Shown: in pieces, positions 1 through 10,636 of the stretch | Position numbering within the stretch: the stretch's first letter is position 1 | Layout of the letters: every line of letters begins with the position of its first letter | Notes under the pieces: model-generated | What the model was told of the DNA's origin: nothing | What the model saw: only the letters and a program-made list of their open reading frames with translations | Databases searched by the model: none | Program-made: the position numbers and the translations under genes | Origin: Candidatus Poribacteria bacterium | GTDB lineage: Bacteria; Poribacteria; WGA-4E; WGA-3G | Assembly (NCBI GenBank): GCA_963665235.2 | Contig: CAXXLX010000002.1 | Coordinates: forward strand, 416,001 to 480,000 | Length of the DNA stretch: 64,000 bases | Direction of reading: 5' to 3'

Positions 1-148
1 CAACAAAACTCTGATTTTTAATCAATATCTCATGGAAGAATACTACCAAAATACAGGATAGCGCAAAGATTGTGAACGTAATCATCGCGTTCTCAGCATT
101 CCGGACTGTGAATATTGATGACCGTTTGGCGCTGTTTTCCGCTTCCAT
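1..148 (-). CDS. Membrane protein, N-terminal part (runs off window)
   Basis: ATG at 148 opens MEAENSAKRSSIFTVRNAENAMITFTIFALSCILVVFFHEILIKNQSFV with no stop before the window edge; one hydrophobic segment. Confidence 0.5.
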   Translation of the reverse strand, partial: MEAENSAKRSSIFTVRNAENAMITFTIFALSCILVVFFHEILIKNQSFV

Positions 149-511
149 AGAGATCCCTTTGAGTGTCATTTTATAGTAGTGCCCATAATTATTCGCACAC
201 AGTATTCAGCACCGCCGCTCCTATCGGGAACCGCACGGACTTGGGGACCTAGGGGAAATACCCCCACGAGCGTGTTGTGTGGGAACCCTATCACAGCGTG
301 CAGACATATTTTCAGAATTTAATATGCCATTATGAGTATTATACCTATATTATGGCGGTATGTCAATATGTTTTATCTGACCCGTCAGGGTTATTTAATT
401 CTCCATATTTTGCGTTGTTTTTTCAACACCCCTCTTCTGAAGAAAACTCTGAAGCGCGTCAGAGACCTGTTTAGCTTCAAGAACGCTTGCCAATCGCTAA
501 TCGCCGACGAG

Positions 512-1288
512 CTATTGAACAAGATAGCGGTCTACCTGTTCATAGTGCGGTGAAATTCTGCGTGTAAATTCGGAGACAGCGTGCCGACTCAGTTCTCTCA
601 AAGTTGCCTCTTGCGGTGCCATCTGTGAAAAGACAAACGAGCCAAGGCTATGCGCCTCAGCTGTACTCCGTTGATACGTCTCATCCCAAATAACCTCTTC
701 CGTATCTACATCTACAATCAACACGCGAAGTGAAAGCAGATAGGTTTTCTGTAGATAATCCTGATAATCCATGATATAACGTTGATGTTGAACCGAGTAA
801 CGTTCCCCATAATACCGTCTAGGGCGGCTATCCGTGTAAAACCTATAGCTTCCGACAATAACGCCTTTAACTTCAAAATAGCGTCCGAGTTCGCTCAGCC
901 GTTCGGTATCCTCAAGCCATGCTTCCGTCACCTCTTCACCGGTCATCAAACGTTTGGTCTCCTGCTTATCAACGACATCAAAATGTTTTTGACGTGCTAA
1001 GCTGCCACGCAGGAGCTCAGCAATTTCGGTGCCCATTTCCACAGGCAATTCGCTAGTCCTTGAATCACGTTTATCGTGGACAAACGGTAAAACAGCGAAG
1101 TTTGAATAGTTGCTGATGTCAATTTCGGATTGCACCTTAATCGGAATAGAGACGCGCGTTGCCCGACTGCCGCAAGCACAAAGCGTTAAAGCTACCGTCA
1201 CCACCAAGCTTATCAGTTTATATTGTTTTCGCAGTTGACTCCAGCGAAAGGACACCCGCGTGATGAGAGATTTTAATTTCTTTCGCAT
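512..1288 (-). CDS. Putative lipoprotein (CsgG/LpoB/DUF799-like fold)
   Basis: Lipobox-like LTLCACG, then FAVLPF and RVLIVDVDTEEVIW segments typical of this superfamily; start moved to the ATG just after the TPR gene. Confidence 0.6.
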   Translation of the reverse strand: MRKKLKSLITRVSFRWSQLRKQYKLISLVVTVALTLCACGSRATRVSIPIKVQSEIDISNYSNFAVLPFVHDKRDSRTSELPVEMGTEIAELLRGSLARQKHFDVVDKQETKRLMTGEEVTEAWLEDTERLSELGRYFEVKGVIVGSYRFYTDSRPRRYYGERYSVQHQRYIMDYQDYLQKTYLLSLRVLIVDVDTEEVIWDETYQRSTAEAHSLGSFVFSQMAPQEATLRELSRHAVSEFTRRISPHYEQVDRYLVQ

Positions 1289-1292
1289 AAAA

Positions 1293-1691
1293 TTAATCCC
1301 TCTCGCCTTCGGAGGATATAGGCGACGTTTCTTCAGGCTCCGCACCACTTCGACGGAGGTGTAAACGACACCGCCGGTAATTGAAACGGTAATATTTATT
1401 ATCCGGATTAAGTGTCGTAGCCTGTTCATAAGCCGTTATAGCCTCTGTTATTCTGCCGAGGGCTTCATAAGCAACCCCCAGATTATTGTGGGCAGCGGCA
1501 TGCTCAGGCGCGACCGATACAACCTGTTTCCAGCGAAAAATCGCCTCATTCCAGAGCTCGGCGCGCGCAGCTTTTATGCCAAAGCTATTGTAAGCCTCTA
1601 GCCGCGCAGCATCACGAGAAGCGCACCCCAACACCGTTAGGAGCACAAAAATAGAAACATAGTAGATGCTATTATGATATATTCTTTGCAT
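1293..1691 (-). CDS. TPR-repeat lipoprotein
   Basis: LGC lipobox; TPR signature AHNNLGVAYEALGRITEAITAYEQATTLNP. Confidence 0.8.
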   Translation of the reverse strand: MQRIYHNSIYYVSIFVLLTVLGCASRDAARLEAYNSFGIKAARAELWNEAIFRWKQVVSVAPEHAAAHNNLGVAYEALGRITEAITAYEQATTLNPDNKYYRFNYRRCRLHLRRSGAEPEETSPISSEGERD

Positions 1692-2332
1692 GCTAATCCC
1701 ATTATCTTTTTAATCTCTATTCTATTTTACTATAAATTTAACTTTTATGTCAAGTTTTTAAATTTCCGGAGGGTATGTAAAGTTTTTTCGTTCAGTGAAG
1801 TTCACGGTACACAGGACTTACGCAAATTTATCAGGAGCCTCGTAGGGGCGGGGGGCCCCGCCCGCTAGGACTCCCTCTAAATCCCATTAGCAGAAGGATT
1901 TATCAACGCGCTACACCGAACGGACCGAGTATAACATTACTTTTGATAAAACTGTTGACCTGAGAGGGTGGCGGTTTAACTTAGAGGTGAGACCCGGACC
2001 GAACACGTTGCGAAACACAACGTGGGGGTTTCATCTTTGAAGGGGTTCATATTGACCTCAAACAAACGCTGTTAATCGTAACGCAGCGAGGCTCCGACTC
2101 TGGGCATTTCCCAGAGCATAAAGTTTACGATGTGTTCAGTGCAGCACACAGACATGCCCGGTGTGAGTGAACTACTTGACTTAAACTGATATTTGTTAAG
2201 TAGTGCCGGGTTTAGTCTGATGCTGTCCAAAGTTCGCTCTACAAAACCGAGAACTAAACAACCCCGCACCCTTCCCCCTATCCCTTTAACAAAAACTGGA
2301 CACCCCTAAAATTGTCCAAAGTTTAGTTTCCA

Positions 2333-3325
2333 TTAAGGCACCTCAATTTTTGAAAATACCTGCGTAATGATGCTCTCAACGTCGCGTCCCTCCGCTTCCG
2401 CTTCATAACTGAGGATAACCCGGTGTCTTAGCACGTCCATGCCGACTTCGTGGATATCTTCAGGGGTGACATAACCGCGTTGGGCGAGAAATGCCCGCGC
2501 TCTTGCCGCAAGTGCAAGGAAAATGGTCGCACGCGGCGACGCGCCGTACTCAATCAGGGAACTCAATTCGTCCAATTGATACGCCTCTGGCGCGCGTGTA
2601 GCACACACAAGGTCAACGATGTAGGTTTCCAACTGTTCTGCCATGTAGATGCTGCGCGCTATCTCGCGGAATCTATTGATATCCTCTAAGGAGATAACCT
2701 TCTCAATTGCTGGTATTTCTTCGGTTGTCATCCGCCGGAGAATTTGCAACTCCTCTGAGTGTGAGGGGTAGTTTACCTTAAGCTTCAGCATAAATCTATC
2801 TACCTGCGCTTCAGGGAGCGGATAGGTGCCCTCATGCTCAATCGGATTCTGGGTTGCCAAAACGAGAAATGGGTCATCAAGCGGGTAAGTGGTCCCGCCA
2901 ATAGTGACCTGTCGTTCCTGCATCGCCTCAAGTAGGGCACTTTGGACCTTTGCTGGGGCGCGATTTATTTCATCTGCAAGGATAATGTTGGCGAAGATAG
3001 GTCCCTTTTTTGTGTAAAATTCACCCTTCTGCTGGTCATAAATAAGTGTGCCGACTAGGTCGGCAGGTAGCAGGTCGGGTGTGAATTGGAGGCGTCTGAA
3101 CAGCGCGTCAATCGTTTTGGCAAGGGCAGAGATAGCTGTAGTCTTCGCAAGCCCGGGGACACCCTCAAGTAGAATGTGGCCGTTACAGAGCAGTCCAATG
3201 ACTAATCCCTCCAGCAGGGCGCGTTGCCCAACGATAATTTTTCCTGCCTCGGTTAAAATCTGCTGTATCAAGCCGCTATCGGCTTCAATACGGGCATTCA
3301 TTTCTTCTAAATCGTATTTTTGCAT
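2333..3325 (-). CDS. moxR: MoxR-family AAA+ ATPase
   Basis: GHILLEGVPGLAKT, RLQFTPDLLPADLVG, ILADEINRAPAKVQSALLEAMQE, ATQNPIEHEGTYPLPEAQVDRF. Confidence 0.95.
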   Translation of the reverse strand: MQKYDLEEMNARIEADSGLIQQILTEAGKIIVGQRALLEGLVIGLLCNGHILLEGVPGLAKTTAISALAKTIDALFRRLQFTPDLLPADLVGTLIYDQQKGEFYTKKGPIFANIILADEINRAPAKVQSALLEAMQERQVTIGGTTYPLDDPFLVLATQNPIEHEGTYPLPEAQVDRFMLKLKVNYPSHSEELQILRRMTTEEIPAIEKVISLEDINRFREIARSIYMAEQLETYIVDLVCATRAPEAYQLDELSSLIEYGASPRATIFLALAARARAFLAQRGYVTPEDIHEVGMDVLRHRVILSYEAEAEGRDVESIITQVFSKIEVP

Positions 3326-3461
3326 AGGTCTGAAGATTGGCTGTTGGCTGTTGGCTGTTGGTTTTTAGCAAGAGCAAGAGGTTTTTGACGCGCGTCATAA
3401 ACCTGCTTAGAATCACAACGTCTTGCTAATTGCTAATCGCTAATTGCCAATTGCTACTGAG

Positions 3462-4832
3462 CTAAAAAAAGGGTTGTGTCTCTCCTTCCTGAAAAGACTG
3501 CTCAAGCCAGGGGTCTTTGGTCTTCTGTCGGAATTCAATGACCTTTCGGCGCATTTCATTAACCGTGTCCTGTAATTCCGGGGCATCAATAAGGTTTCGC
3601 GATTCTGCGGGGTCATTCTGCATATCAAATAGTGCTTCGCGGGACTGTTGTAGGAAATCTTCCCGGTGTCGTTCTCCAAGTTGTTGCACATTGTCGTTCC
3701 GCACGGCTGTCCATGAGATAGAACGGAACAGGTCGCTCGGAAGGGGTGTCTCCAATTGATATGCCAGATTGCGGACATACTTGTATCGCCGTCCCCGCAA
3801 CACCCGATATGGATAGTAGTTGGTCACCTCGTGGAAGCAGTGTGAGAAATAGGTTTCCTCCCAGTGGCCATCGCCGGGGTGCGGACTATCGTCTTCAAGG
3901 ATAGGCAGCATTGACCTGCCGGGGAGTGCGTCTGCGCCATCAGGATGCGGAACGCCACACCACGCTAGCATAGTCGGGCAAAAATCGACCCAATTGACGA
4001 GTGCCTGATTTCGGAGCCCACGCCGTTTTTGCGTCGGGCTGGCAATAAGCAGGGGACAGTGATGTCCACTGTCAAAACTAGAAGCCTTCGCCCCAGGAAA
4101 CGGCATAGCATGGTCGGTGGTCACAAAGACGAGCGTTTCGTTTGCACGACCCGACGCGTCAAGAGCTTCCAAGACTGCACCGACAACTGCATCCCACCGT
4201 GACACGCTCTCGTAATAATCCGCAAGGTCTTCACGCACCGCCGGTATATCTGGCAGGAAATTAGGGACAATTATCTCGTCAGGCGTGTAACCGCCCGGTT
4301 CAATACCTGCATGTGTTCGGTCATTTCCGAATCCCTTGCCTGCGCGATGTGGGTACGCGCTGCCGATATGGAGATAGAAGGGTGTATCCGTATTCTGTGT
4401 GAGAAATTGCTTAACCTTTTCTGCCATGTCCACAGGACTGCGGTTGTCAACCCTCGGCTCAAAATCGAAAGGATAAACGCTCTTGGGTTCGACGTGCTTT
4501 TTTCCGATGCATGCGGTAGCAAATCCGTGTGCTTTGAGAATTTTCGGGACCGACTGCATGTGTTCGTGTGTACGGAATCCGTGAATTCCGTGGCAGTGTC
4601 CATATTGTCCATGCGTATGGCTATGTTGTCCCGTGAGAATACATGCACGACTTACGGCGCATGAGGGGCTCGTGCAAAATCCGTAGTCAAATACGACTCC
4701 GCGTTCTGCAAAGGCATCAATGTTGGGTGTTCTGATAACGTCATTTCCGTAGCACTTTGCGATGCGGCTCCAATCGTCCGCGATGACGAACATAACGTTT
4801 CTGTGGGAATTGGTCATGGTTTTCCTATTCAC
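3462..4832 (-). CDS. Sulfatase (N-sulfoglucosamine sulfohydrolase-like)
   Basis: FVIADD, TPNID, CAVSRACILTG formylglycine region, GKKH, TTDHA, HEVTNYYP. Confidence 0.9.
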   Translation of the reverse strand: MNRKTMTNSHRNVMFVIADDWSRIAKCYGNDVIRTPNIDAFAERGVVFDYGFCTSPSCAVSRACILTGQHSHTHGQYGHCHGIHGFRTHEHMQSVPKILKAHGFATACIGKKHVEPKSVYPFDFEPRVDNRSPVDMAEKVKQFLTQNTDTPFYLHIGSAYPHRAGKGFGNDRTHAGIEPGGYTPDEIIVPNFLPDIPAVREDLADYYESVSRWDAVVGAVLEALDASGRANETLVFVTTDHAMPFPGAKASSFDSGHHCPLLIASPTQKRRGLRNQALVNWVDFCPTMLAWCGVPHPDGADALPGRSMLPILEDDSPHPGDGHWEETYFSHCFHEVTNYYPYRVLRGRRYKYVRNLAYQLETPLPSDLFRSISWTAVRNDNVQQLGERHREDFLQQSREALFDMQNDPAESRNLIDAPELQDTVNEMRRKVIEFRQKTKDPWLEQSFQEGETQPFF

Positions 4833-5014
4833 TCCTTACCGGCAAATACCATTTGTCTACAAATCTGTCTCAGAGCTGGTGCCTCTGCATAGAACTTCTA
4901 ACTTAAAGACTATTGTAACATCTAAGGTTAGGTTTGTCAAGGAGAAAACTGTGAGGGGGATAGGTATTTTGTTAAAAGGTCGGGTGGAAAGTTCAGCAGC
5001 AGGCAAGAAAACAA

Positions 5015-5048
5015 AAGCGGGGACAGGTTTATGTACCTGTCCCCGCTT
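5015..5048 (-). terminator. Intrinsic terminator, originally directly behind glnB
   Basis: 14-bp perfect stem AAGCGGGGACAGGT/ACCTGTCCCCGCTT with a T-rich tail on the minus strand. Confidence 0.8.
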
Positions 5049-5054
5049 AATATA

Positions 5055-5665
5055 GTGACGTACTCCCACAGCTAAAGCAGTGGGCTTCTAAAAGAAGGTC
5101 CGCTCCCAAACAGCATACGGACAGCATTTTACCGCTCATCGGCGGCTCCAAAGGTATAAGCTCCTCTAAGGTAACTTGCTCACCTTTGTTACGACCCCGA
5201 AGGGTTTTACCATTGAATGCACAATCGCGGGACACGCCACTTATCCTACTACAGGGCCCCGAATAGTTTTGGGTAGAGCCCTGATACGCAACCGATACCA
5301 ATTATCGCATTGCTTACTTTTTACGTAACGCTTTGGCTATAACCTCACTTAATTTGTGGTAATAGAGAATCAAAGTTCTTTTTTTTACAACCCACAACTC
5401 AAGCCCATTATGCTATTAGGGCGGGTCGCCACTAACAAAGGGGTTGTTAGATAGCATTGACGACCCCAAGTTGTATGTTATAATTATACCACAGTTTCGA
5501 CCGAAAGTCAAAGTTCTTCTTTTTACCGACACGCGGGCTGGACCCAAAGCGGAAAAGATAGCTTGGGATTGTTAAGTGATTCCCTTCAACGCATTTTGTA
5601 GGAAACCCGGCAAGGTTGGCGTGCCTGGCGTAGCTTATTATCTAACACATAGCAGTGCGCTTACG
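5055..5665 (-). mobile_element. Non-autonomous, non-coding IS200/IS605-type element (611 bp)
   Basis: Right end GAAGCCCACTGCTTTAGCTGTGGGAGTACGTCAC resembles the tnpB element right end at 18849-18881; left boundary follows TTAT (5669-5666) and starts CGTAAGCGCACTGCT; removing it puts the terminator next to the glnB stop. Confidence 0.7.
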
Positions 5666-5673
5666 ATAATGGC

Positions 5674-6030
<357 letters not shown>

Positions 6031-6297
6031 CTACGCAATTAGATAGGGTTACAGGCGGATATAAAATCCACCCTTACATATAGGTTGAGGCACCGGTGCA
6101 GTGCATTTTCGAGGCAGTTTTTAACAGAGGTTTTGCACGCCACTTCGCGCTCGCCTTCAAATCAACGCCTCACGTTTATCATTGCATCAGCCAGCCACGG
6201 GTGCCTCGCACGTTGTGTAACAAACATTAGAAGCTCATCCTATAATTGGACCCTAGCGCGCTTCGTCCGCACTTCAGGAGACAATTATGGAAACGTT

Positions 6298-7719
6298 CTA
6301 TATGTCGTGATAGAGGAAGAATTCGTATGGATGCGGTCGCATATTAACGGCATCTACCTCATTTTCGCGTTTGTAATCAATCCACATGTCAAGCACATCT
6401 TCTGTGAACACATCGCCCTTGAGGAGATATTCGTGGTCGTCCTCTAGCGCGTCAAGTGCATCACCGAGGGAAACAGGTGTGGACTCAATCGTATCAAGTT
6501 CCTCTGGTTCGAGGTCATAAAGATCTCTGTCAAAGGGGTCGCCTGGGTGGATTCGGTTCTGTATTCCATCGAGCCCAGCCATCAGCAACGCGCTGAATGC
6601 AAGGTATGGGTTACACGATGGGTCAGGCGTTCGGAATTCAATCCGCTTCGCGTTTTCACTCTTGGAATAGACCGGAATCCGGACGCATGCACTCCGGTTT
6701 CTCTGTGAGTAGGCGATGTTAACCGGGGCCTCGTACCCTGGGACCAACCGTTTGTAAGAATTTGTTGTTGGTGCTATGATTGCGCAAAGTGACCGCGCAT
6801 GCTTGAGCAAGCCGCCGATGTAATAGAGTGCATCTTCACTCAGCAAGGAATAGCCCTGTGGGTCGTAAAAAATGTTCTTGCCATCTTTCCAGAGACTTTG
6901 GTGTACATGCATGCCAGAGCCGTTGTCTTGGAAGAGCGGTTTCGGCATAAAAGTGGCTACGAGCTTATGGGCGCGGGCGATATTTTTGATGACGTATTTA
7001 TATAACGCGATTTTATCGCCTGAACTCGTCAGTGTATCATACCGGAGATCGATTTCGCCTTGTCCAGCGGTTCCGACTTCGTGGTGATGAACTTCGACAT
7101 CAATACCACATTCAATCAACTTGAGACACATCTCCGAGCGAATGTCTTGGAGCGTATCTGATGGCGGTACAGGGAAGTATCCCTCTTTATAGCGGGGTTT
7201 GTAACCGAGATTCGGGTTTTCCTCACGCCCAGAATTCCAGCTGCCTTCAACAGAATCGACAACATAGAACCCTGAATTTTGGGTCTGTGCATACCGGATG
7301 TCGTCGAATAGATAGAACTCCGCCTCAGGTCCCCAGTAGCTGATATCAGCAATTCCTGTGGAATTAAGGTATGCTTCTGCTTTCTGGGCGATATACCGGA
7401 CATCCCGCGTGTAATTTTCCAACGTAATTGGGTCTTTGATGTTACACGTGATGCTCAACGTCGGCACCTTACAGACAGGATCAACGAGGGCAGTCGTCGG
7501 GTCGGGAAAAAGCAACATATCACTCTCGTTAATCGCCTGAAAACCGCGAATACTTGACCCGTCGAAACCGATGCCTTCTTCGAATAGACTTTCGTCGAAC
7601 TCACCGACCATAATGGAGAAGTGTTGCCACATCCCAGGTAGATCCATAAACTTGAGGTCAACTATCTTTATATCATTCTCTTTTGCAAGTGCAACCACCT
7701 CACTTGGTGTCATTTCCAT
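6298..7719 (-). CDS. glnA: Glutamine synthetase type I
   Basis: [65 protein letters not shown]. Confidence 0.98.
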   Translation of the reverse strand: MEMTPSEVVALAKENDIKIVDLKFMDLPGMWQHFSIMVGEFDESLFEEGIGFDGSSIRGFQAINESDMLLFPDPTTALVDPVCKVPTLSITCNIKDPITLENYTRDVRYIAQKAEAYLNSTGIADISYWGPEAEFYLFDDIRYAQTQNSGFYVVDSVEGSWNSGREENPNLGYKPRYKEGYFPVPPSDTLQDIRSEMCLKLIECGIDVEVHHHEVGTAGQGEIDLRYDTLTSSGDKIALYKYVIKNIARAHKLVATFMPKPLFQDNGSGMHVHQSLWKDGKNIFYDPQGYSLLSEDALYYIGGLLKHARSLCAIIAPTTNSYKRLVPGYEAPVNIAYSQRNRSACVRIPVYSKSENAKRIEFRTPDPSCNPYLAFSALLMAGLDGIQNRIHPGDPFDRDLYDLEPEELDTIESTPVSLGDALDALEDDHEYLLKGDVFTEDVLDMWIDYKRENEVDAVNMRPHPYEFFLYHDI

Positions 7720-7813
7720 TTCCTCCTAGTAGAATTTAATAATAAAACCCATCATGGGTTTGTTAATTGAAAGCGCAATTCTTGACTGATGACAGGAATC
7801 CCATGAAACACTG

Positions 7814-7830
7814 TGCAAAGTTTATGCCAA
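7814..7830 (-). promoter_or_regulatory. Sigma54 -24/-12 promoter of glnA
   Basis: Minus strand TTGGCATAAACTTTGCA matches TGGCAC-N5-TTGCW. Confidence 0.8.
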
Positions 7831-7984
7831 TTCTGTCTATAGATGCGCTCTGATTATGCAGGTTGAATATGTTAATGGCAAAAACAGCGTTGAATTGTGT
7901 GTAGAACGCCTATTTTTCGGAACAATTCCGCTGTTTGTTAGCGGACAGAGCACCGCTGTCTTAACCCATATCTCTCAAGGACAT

Positions 7985-8024
7985 TGCTAAATTATCAGGC
8001 ATAAAATTGCCCAAATTTTCAGCA
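7985..8024. promoter_or_regulatory. Two NtrC-like enhancer sites
   Basis: TGCTAAATTATCAGGCA (7985) and TGCCCAAATTTTCAGCA (8008), both TGC-N11-GCA, about 155-195 bp upstream of the sigma54 promoter. Confidence 0.55.
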
Positions 8025-8027
8025 AAA

Positions 8028-8612
8028 TCACAGTTTTTTCAGTTCAAATTCCTCAGAAAATCGGCTGGTTTCCGGGCCATCTTGGCCTGCATATTTATTT
8101 GCAGGTTTGAGCTGGTACGGGACCTTTGCTGGAGATGAGAGCTGCTCAAAGGTAAAGGCACAAATCCGCATGCCTGGATAGAGTTTAACGGGCATACGGC
8201 CGAGATTTCCCAACTCCAAAGTAGCCGTTCCGACCCACCCCGGATCGAAAAGTCCGGCGGTGCTATGAACAATGATACCGAGTCTTCCGAGGCTGCTTCT
8301 TCCTTCAAGCCGTGCCATCACGTCATTCGCCAATTCCAATTTTTCCTGAGTCGCCGCAAGCACAAACTCCCCGGGTTGCATCGTAAAAGCATCCCCGTCC
8401 GGTACATCTACGCGGCGCATCAAATCGTCGGCATCAATCCGGGTCCGCAAATCGATGTAAGGGTACTTGCTGTGCTCAAACACACGAAAGGTATTGCTCA
8501 ACCTGAAATCTATTGAACAACTGCCAAGTTGTGTTTCTAAATCAGGCTCCGGTGTAATTTTGATTTTTCCATCGCGTATATATTGAAGAATATCGGTATC
8601 TGATAAAACCAT
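8028..8612 (-). CDS. dcd: dCTP deaminase
   Basis: SIDFRL, ARLEGRSSLGRLG, HSTAGLFDPGW, KYAGQ. Confidence 0.95.
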   Translation of the reverse strand: MVLSDTDILQYIRDGKIKITPEPDLETQLGSCSIDFRLSNTFRVFEHSKYPYIDLRTRIDADDLMRRVDVPDGDAFTMQPGEFVLAATQEKLELANDVMARLEGRSSLGRLGIIVHSTAGLFDPGWVGTATLELGNLGRMPVKLYPGMRICAFTFEQLSSPAKVPYQLKPANKYAGQDGPETSRFSEEFELKKL

Positions 8613-8621
8613 AATTTCCTG

Positions 8622-9950
8622 TTAGCCCTCCCCAGCTTCTGGTACAATGCCCCGGTAGGCACAATCCAAAAGATTGATAGGGTGCATCACTCTCATCGGT
8701 AACCCATGTTTTTGAATACCGAATTGAATCTGTAGGAGGCATCCTGGGTTTCCCGTTGCAACAATATCTGCCTCCGTTTCAGCGATGTATGCTATTTTCC
8801 GTTCCAAAATTTCCTGTGAAAGTTCAGGTTGGGTAATATTATAAATACCAGCACTTCCACAGCACCATTCGGCTTCAGTTAGCTCAATCAATTCAATCCC
8901 CGGTATTGCATTCAGTATGTGCCGGGGTTGAAGTTTGACGTTTTGTCCATGTAGCAGATGACACGGTTCATCGTAGGTAACGCGCTGTCGGATTTCTCCT
9001 GTGGGCGGTATCATCTCAATTTCAGCTAGAAATTCGCTGATATCTTGCATTTTGTGGCTAAATTCAGCGGCTTTGTCCGCGTAAGCGGCATCGCCTTCTA
9101 GGAGCACCCCGTATTCCTTGAGTGCTGCGCCACACCCGGCAGAGTTAATGACAATTGCGTCCAACGTCTCATATCCAAAAGCGTCAATGTTCTGTTTCGC
9201 AAGAGACGTAGCAAAATCCCGGAGCCCGTTATGAAGGTGTAACGCCCCGCAGCAGGTTTGTGCCCGGGGTGTGACGACCTCGCAGCCGTTCTCTGCTAGA
9301 ACGCGAATAGTCGCCAAATTCGTCTCGGTGAAAACCTGATTCATAATGCACCCCGGTATGAAACCGACACGATAGCGGGTTGCCCCTTTGGCAGGTGTTA
9401 TATCCTGTATTGTGTACTTGAGCCGTGGCTGCGGAATTTCCGGCAGGAGCGATTCCATCTTTCCAAGTTGCCCCAATAATTTCAGAATCCCTGTCTTTTG
9501 GACAAGCCAGCGGATACCGAGTCGCTGATAGAGCCACATCAGTTCAAAAATAAGGTCCAACCGTTCTTTGTTCGGTAGAATTTCCTTGAAAACTAGATTG
9601 CTCCAGAATCGATAACTTGTTGAACGTTTCGCGTTTAATTCATAGATGGCGCGTGCCTGTTCAAGAAGTTCGCCAAAGTGAACGCCTGATGGGCAAGCCG
9701 TCTCGCATGCCCGACAGTCCAAGCACCGATAAATGTATTCTGCCCACTCCTCGCTAAGCGGCGTGGCATCCTCCGTTTTAAAAGCACTTCCCATGAGATA
9801 TAACCTGCCCCGCGGTGAATCGGTTTCCAACCCCAATTCTCGATAGGTCGGACAGGTCGGCAGGCAGAGCCCGCAATGTGTGCAAGCATCCCACTTTTGC
9901 CAATTGAAGGTGTTTACGCCGATGAGCGGTTGTGTTTGTTGATTGGGCAT
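8622..9950 (-). CDS. glcF: Glycolate oxidase-type iron-sulfur subunit
   Basis: CTHCGLCLPTCP and CLDCRACETACP 4Fe-4S motifs; two CCG domains; TGNPGC. Confidence 0.85.
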   Translation of the reverse strand: MPNQQTQPLIGVNTFNWQKWDACTHCGLCLPTCPTYRELGLETDSPRGRLYLMGSAFKTEDATPLSEEWAEYIYRCLDCRACETACPSGVHFGELLEQARAIYELNAKRSTSYRFWSNLVFKEILPNKERLDLIFELMWLYQRLGIRWLVQKTGILKLLGQLGKMESLLPEIPQPRLKYTIQDITPAKGATRYRVGFIPGCIMNQVFTETNLATIRVLAENGCEVVTPRAQTCCGALHLHNGLRDFATSLAKQNIDAFGYETLDAIVINSAGCGAALKEYGVLLEGDAAYADKAAEFSHKMQDISEFLAEIEMIPPTGEIRQRVTYDEPCHLLHGQNVKLQPRHILNAIPGIELIELTEAEWCCGSAGIYNITQPELSQEILERKIAYIAETEADIVATGNPGCLLQIQFGIQKHGLPMRVMHPINLLDCAYRGIVPEAGEG

Positions 9951-9974
9951 AGTAATGTTTTTGTTCCGTGTTTC

Positions 9975-10340
9975 TTAATACTTGCGAAATTCCATTTTTA
10001 TTGCAAGAATAACAAAAAAGATAGTGATCAGAATCAGGACAATCGTACTGATTATAAATCCCATATTTCCTTTTGCAGCAAAACCCTTCTTGCGATTTTC
10101 CTGTTTGGATTCCTGAATTTTTTCAGCCAAAACCCGCTTTTCGTGTTGCGTAAATCCACTTTTTTTCGGTGTCGGTTCACCTGAAGGGGTAGGTAGACTA
10201 CGCCGCGCCTTCCACCGAGGCCAGACGAGCCGAAATAGCAGAAGACATCCCAATAAAGGTAATATTAATAACAATCCAACGATACAGAGAAAAGTTAACC
10301 ATCCAAGGACAGCTATCAAAATATCAGAAATCGCTTCCAC
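9975..10340 (-). CDS. Small two-TM membrane protein, paralog of 10637-10975
   Basis: Hydrophobic N- and C-termini; shared TQxEKxxLAEKIQ...ENxKKxFA block. Confidence 0.6.
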   Translation of the reverse strand: MEAISDILIAVLGWLTFLCIVGLLLILPLLGCLLLFRLVWPRWKARRSLPTPSGEPTPKKSGFTQHEKRVLAEKIQESKQENRKKGFAAKGNMGFIISTIVLILITIFFVILAIKMEFRKY

Positions 10341-10384
10341 TTTGCGGGTCTCCTCGGCAATTCTACTGTACGGTCACGGTTATT

Positions 10385-10621
10385 ATCGCGTGCACAGCAC
10401 GCTCCTACATAAGAGTCGCAAGCACAGCCATAAGACATCGCGTGCACAGCACGCTCCTACATAAGAATCGCAAGCACAGCCATAAGACATCGCGTGCACA
10501 GCACGCTCCTACATAAGAGTCGCAAGCACAGCCATAAGACATCGCGTGCACAGCACGCTCCTACATAAGAGTCGCAAGCACAGCCATAAGACATCGCGTG
10601 CACAGCACGCTCCTACATAAG
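10385..10621 (-). repeat. Tandem GTAG-type REP array, 52-bp period, about 4.6 copies
   Basis: Unit ATCGCGTGCACAGCACGCTCCTACATAAGAGTCGCAAGCACAGCCATAAGAC at 10385, 10437, 10489, 10541, 10593; minus strand reads GTAGGAGCGTGCTGTGCACGCGAT. Confidence 0.9.
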
Positions 10622-10636
10622 CGGTATTGCGTCGCG

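Noticed and set aside
3339-3458. Heptamer runs (TGGCTGT, TTGCTAA; similar at 55459-55535)
   Set aside because: Short degenerate intergenic repeats with no evidence of a specific function
5055-5665. Group I intron or IStron
   Set aside because: Intergenic location and no recognisable group I core (P7) sequences
10385-10621. CRISPR array (29-bp repeat, 23-bp spacer)
   Set aside because: The spacers are essentially identical and the repeat is a GTAG-type REP
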